A stretch of 64,000 nt of DNA from Tubulanus polymorphus (lineage: Eukaryota; Animalia; Nemertea), in NCBI RefSeq assembly GCF_964204645.1, contig NC_134033.1, positions 7,572,655 to 7,636,654 on the forward strand, written 5' to 3'. The notes beneath the pieces were generated by a model. It worked only from the letters and a program-made list of their open reading frames with translations. It was not told where the DNA came from and did not search any database. Position numbers and translations under genes: made by a program. This document shows, in pieces, positions 62,701 through 64,000 of the stretch. Every line of letters begins with the position of its first letter. The first letter of the stretch is position 1.

Positions 62701-64000
62701 ATATCATAAGATTTCCCCCGTTTCAAACTGTTGAGTTTATGAGATAATATTAAACAGACATATTGGGGCCCTCAGTAATAACTAATATATTTCTTTTGAT
62801 ATTTGTACCTATCTGTTGGGTCCATCAAACAGTTGGTTTTCTGTAGTAACTAATATATATCACATGATACATGATTGTACCGATCTTTTGGGTCAAATAT
62901 GGTCTTATATCAAACTTATACATTCCGATACCCATATGGAAGACTTTAATAGACCATTTTAAGTGGTTTCCTGTGAAATAATTGTTTTATTTTCTGTTTT
63001 CACGGTACTGCATTGGCATAATCCAAGAGAATGGAAGGGATGTATGGATTCATGTAATATGGCATATTCAAGTGCCGCTGCATATCCACATGGAAACGTT
63101 TGGCAATGTGAGGAAGTTCCTGCACTGTTCCTTCCTTTGAATTCACCAAATTACTAAATCAACTCAGCATAGTCATCAATATACATGTAGTTTATCCTTC
63201 AAAATCGAAGAGTGCTTGCGCATACACGTAGGCCTTAATCCTAATTCCACTATGTCTTGTATTATCGAAACCTATATCAACCCCATCTGACAAAGTTTAA
63301 ATCAAACTTTGTCAGAAGGGGTTGAGAATTGAATAGGTTTCAATTGTTATCATTGGCTAATCGGGATCAGTTCAATTTTGATCTCATGTTTGTCTATACA
63401 TCAATAATTAGGAATTATCCAAGTTTAGCGCAGTCTAATGTGTATACGGTTCCTAGAAAAATCAAATCGATATTTGGGTAAAGCCTGTGAATTTAACACA
63501 AACACTTGGATTATACATCATTATAAGTTTATTTGGAATCTTTCTCTTTTTTATAATTTTCTTTGTCAGCATTTTAGTGGCTTCGTCCAAAAGTTCACGA
63601 TTAGGCATTCTGTTGGAACGAATGCAAGATCGTATGAAATATTTTATCTTCATCCGATGACCAGCGCCTTCGTGTTTTCATTCTGCCTATTAAAAGAAAG
63701 AAAATTCATTTATTTCTATATTTGGTTTAGGTTAAAAAATGATACTTTGTTTCTCTGCAGCTGCCGGGAAATAGTGTAAATTCCAATAAAATTTGTAATC
63801 AGTTCATTTCTATAGCTGCAGGGTCTATAATTGTATGCCTGATAGTGATTAGAAAAATAATGTACTGGGTAGATAGGCTGCAGGGTAAATTAACTTTAAG
63901 CTAGGTAGAACGGAGAAACAAGGTATCATTTTGTCCCTTAATTGACCAATTTGAATACATGACCCGTCAAATTATATAAAACATACGTGCACAGTCAAAG

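Noticed and set aside
60300-64000. Host gene or RNA gene; hairpin at ~63278-63325
   Set aside because: No recognisable coding motifs or tRNA/rRNA structure; the hairpin is probably a repeat remnant.

Overview
Eukaryotic (animal-like), gene-poor, transposon-dense DNA dominated by two related, very AT-rich, decayed Polinton/Maverick (adintovirus-type, no protease seen) elements. Polinton A (16220-46763; 70-bp AGT...ACT TIRs, 6-bp TSD CACGCA) is inserted in the penton gene of Polinton B (~11100-51270). The protein-primed DNA polymerase of A carries a ~350-aa LAGLIDADG intein at the YFD|TDS (pol-c) site; B has the intein-free allele. The intein is split by a 12.5-kb Helentron-type composite (20737-33281) full of 31-bp palindromic satellite. 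A also hides a frameshifted zinc-finger + poxvirus-A2/VLTF3-like late transcription factor gene (35215-33899, minus strand), and 14 of its 15 gene starts are ATAAATG, many behind a T-run plus ~6-bp spacer, as in poxvirus late promoters. My inference is a Polinton that parasitised a pox-like/large DNA virus. Positions 1-11099 are an inverted duplication of 15528-~24925. The last 12.7 kb holds a BEL/Pao fragment, a (TA)n tract, a decayed EnSpm-like element and anonymous DNA. No host gene was recognised, and the ORFs in the satellite are spurious. All homology calls are by eye from motifs, with no database search.
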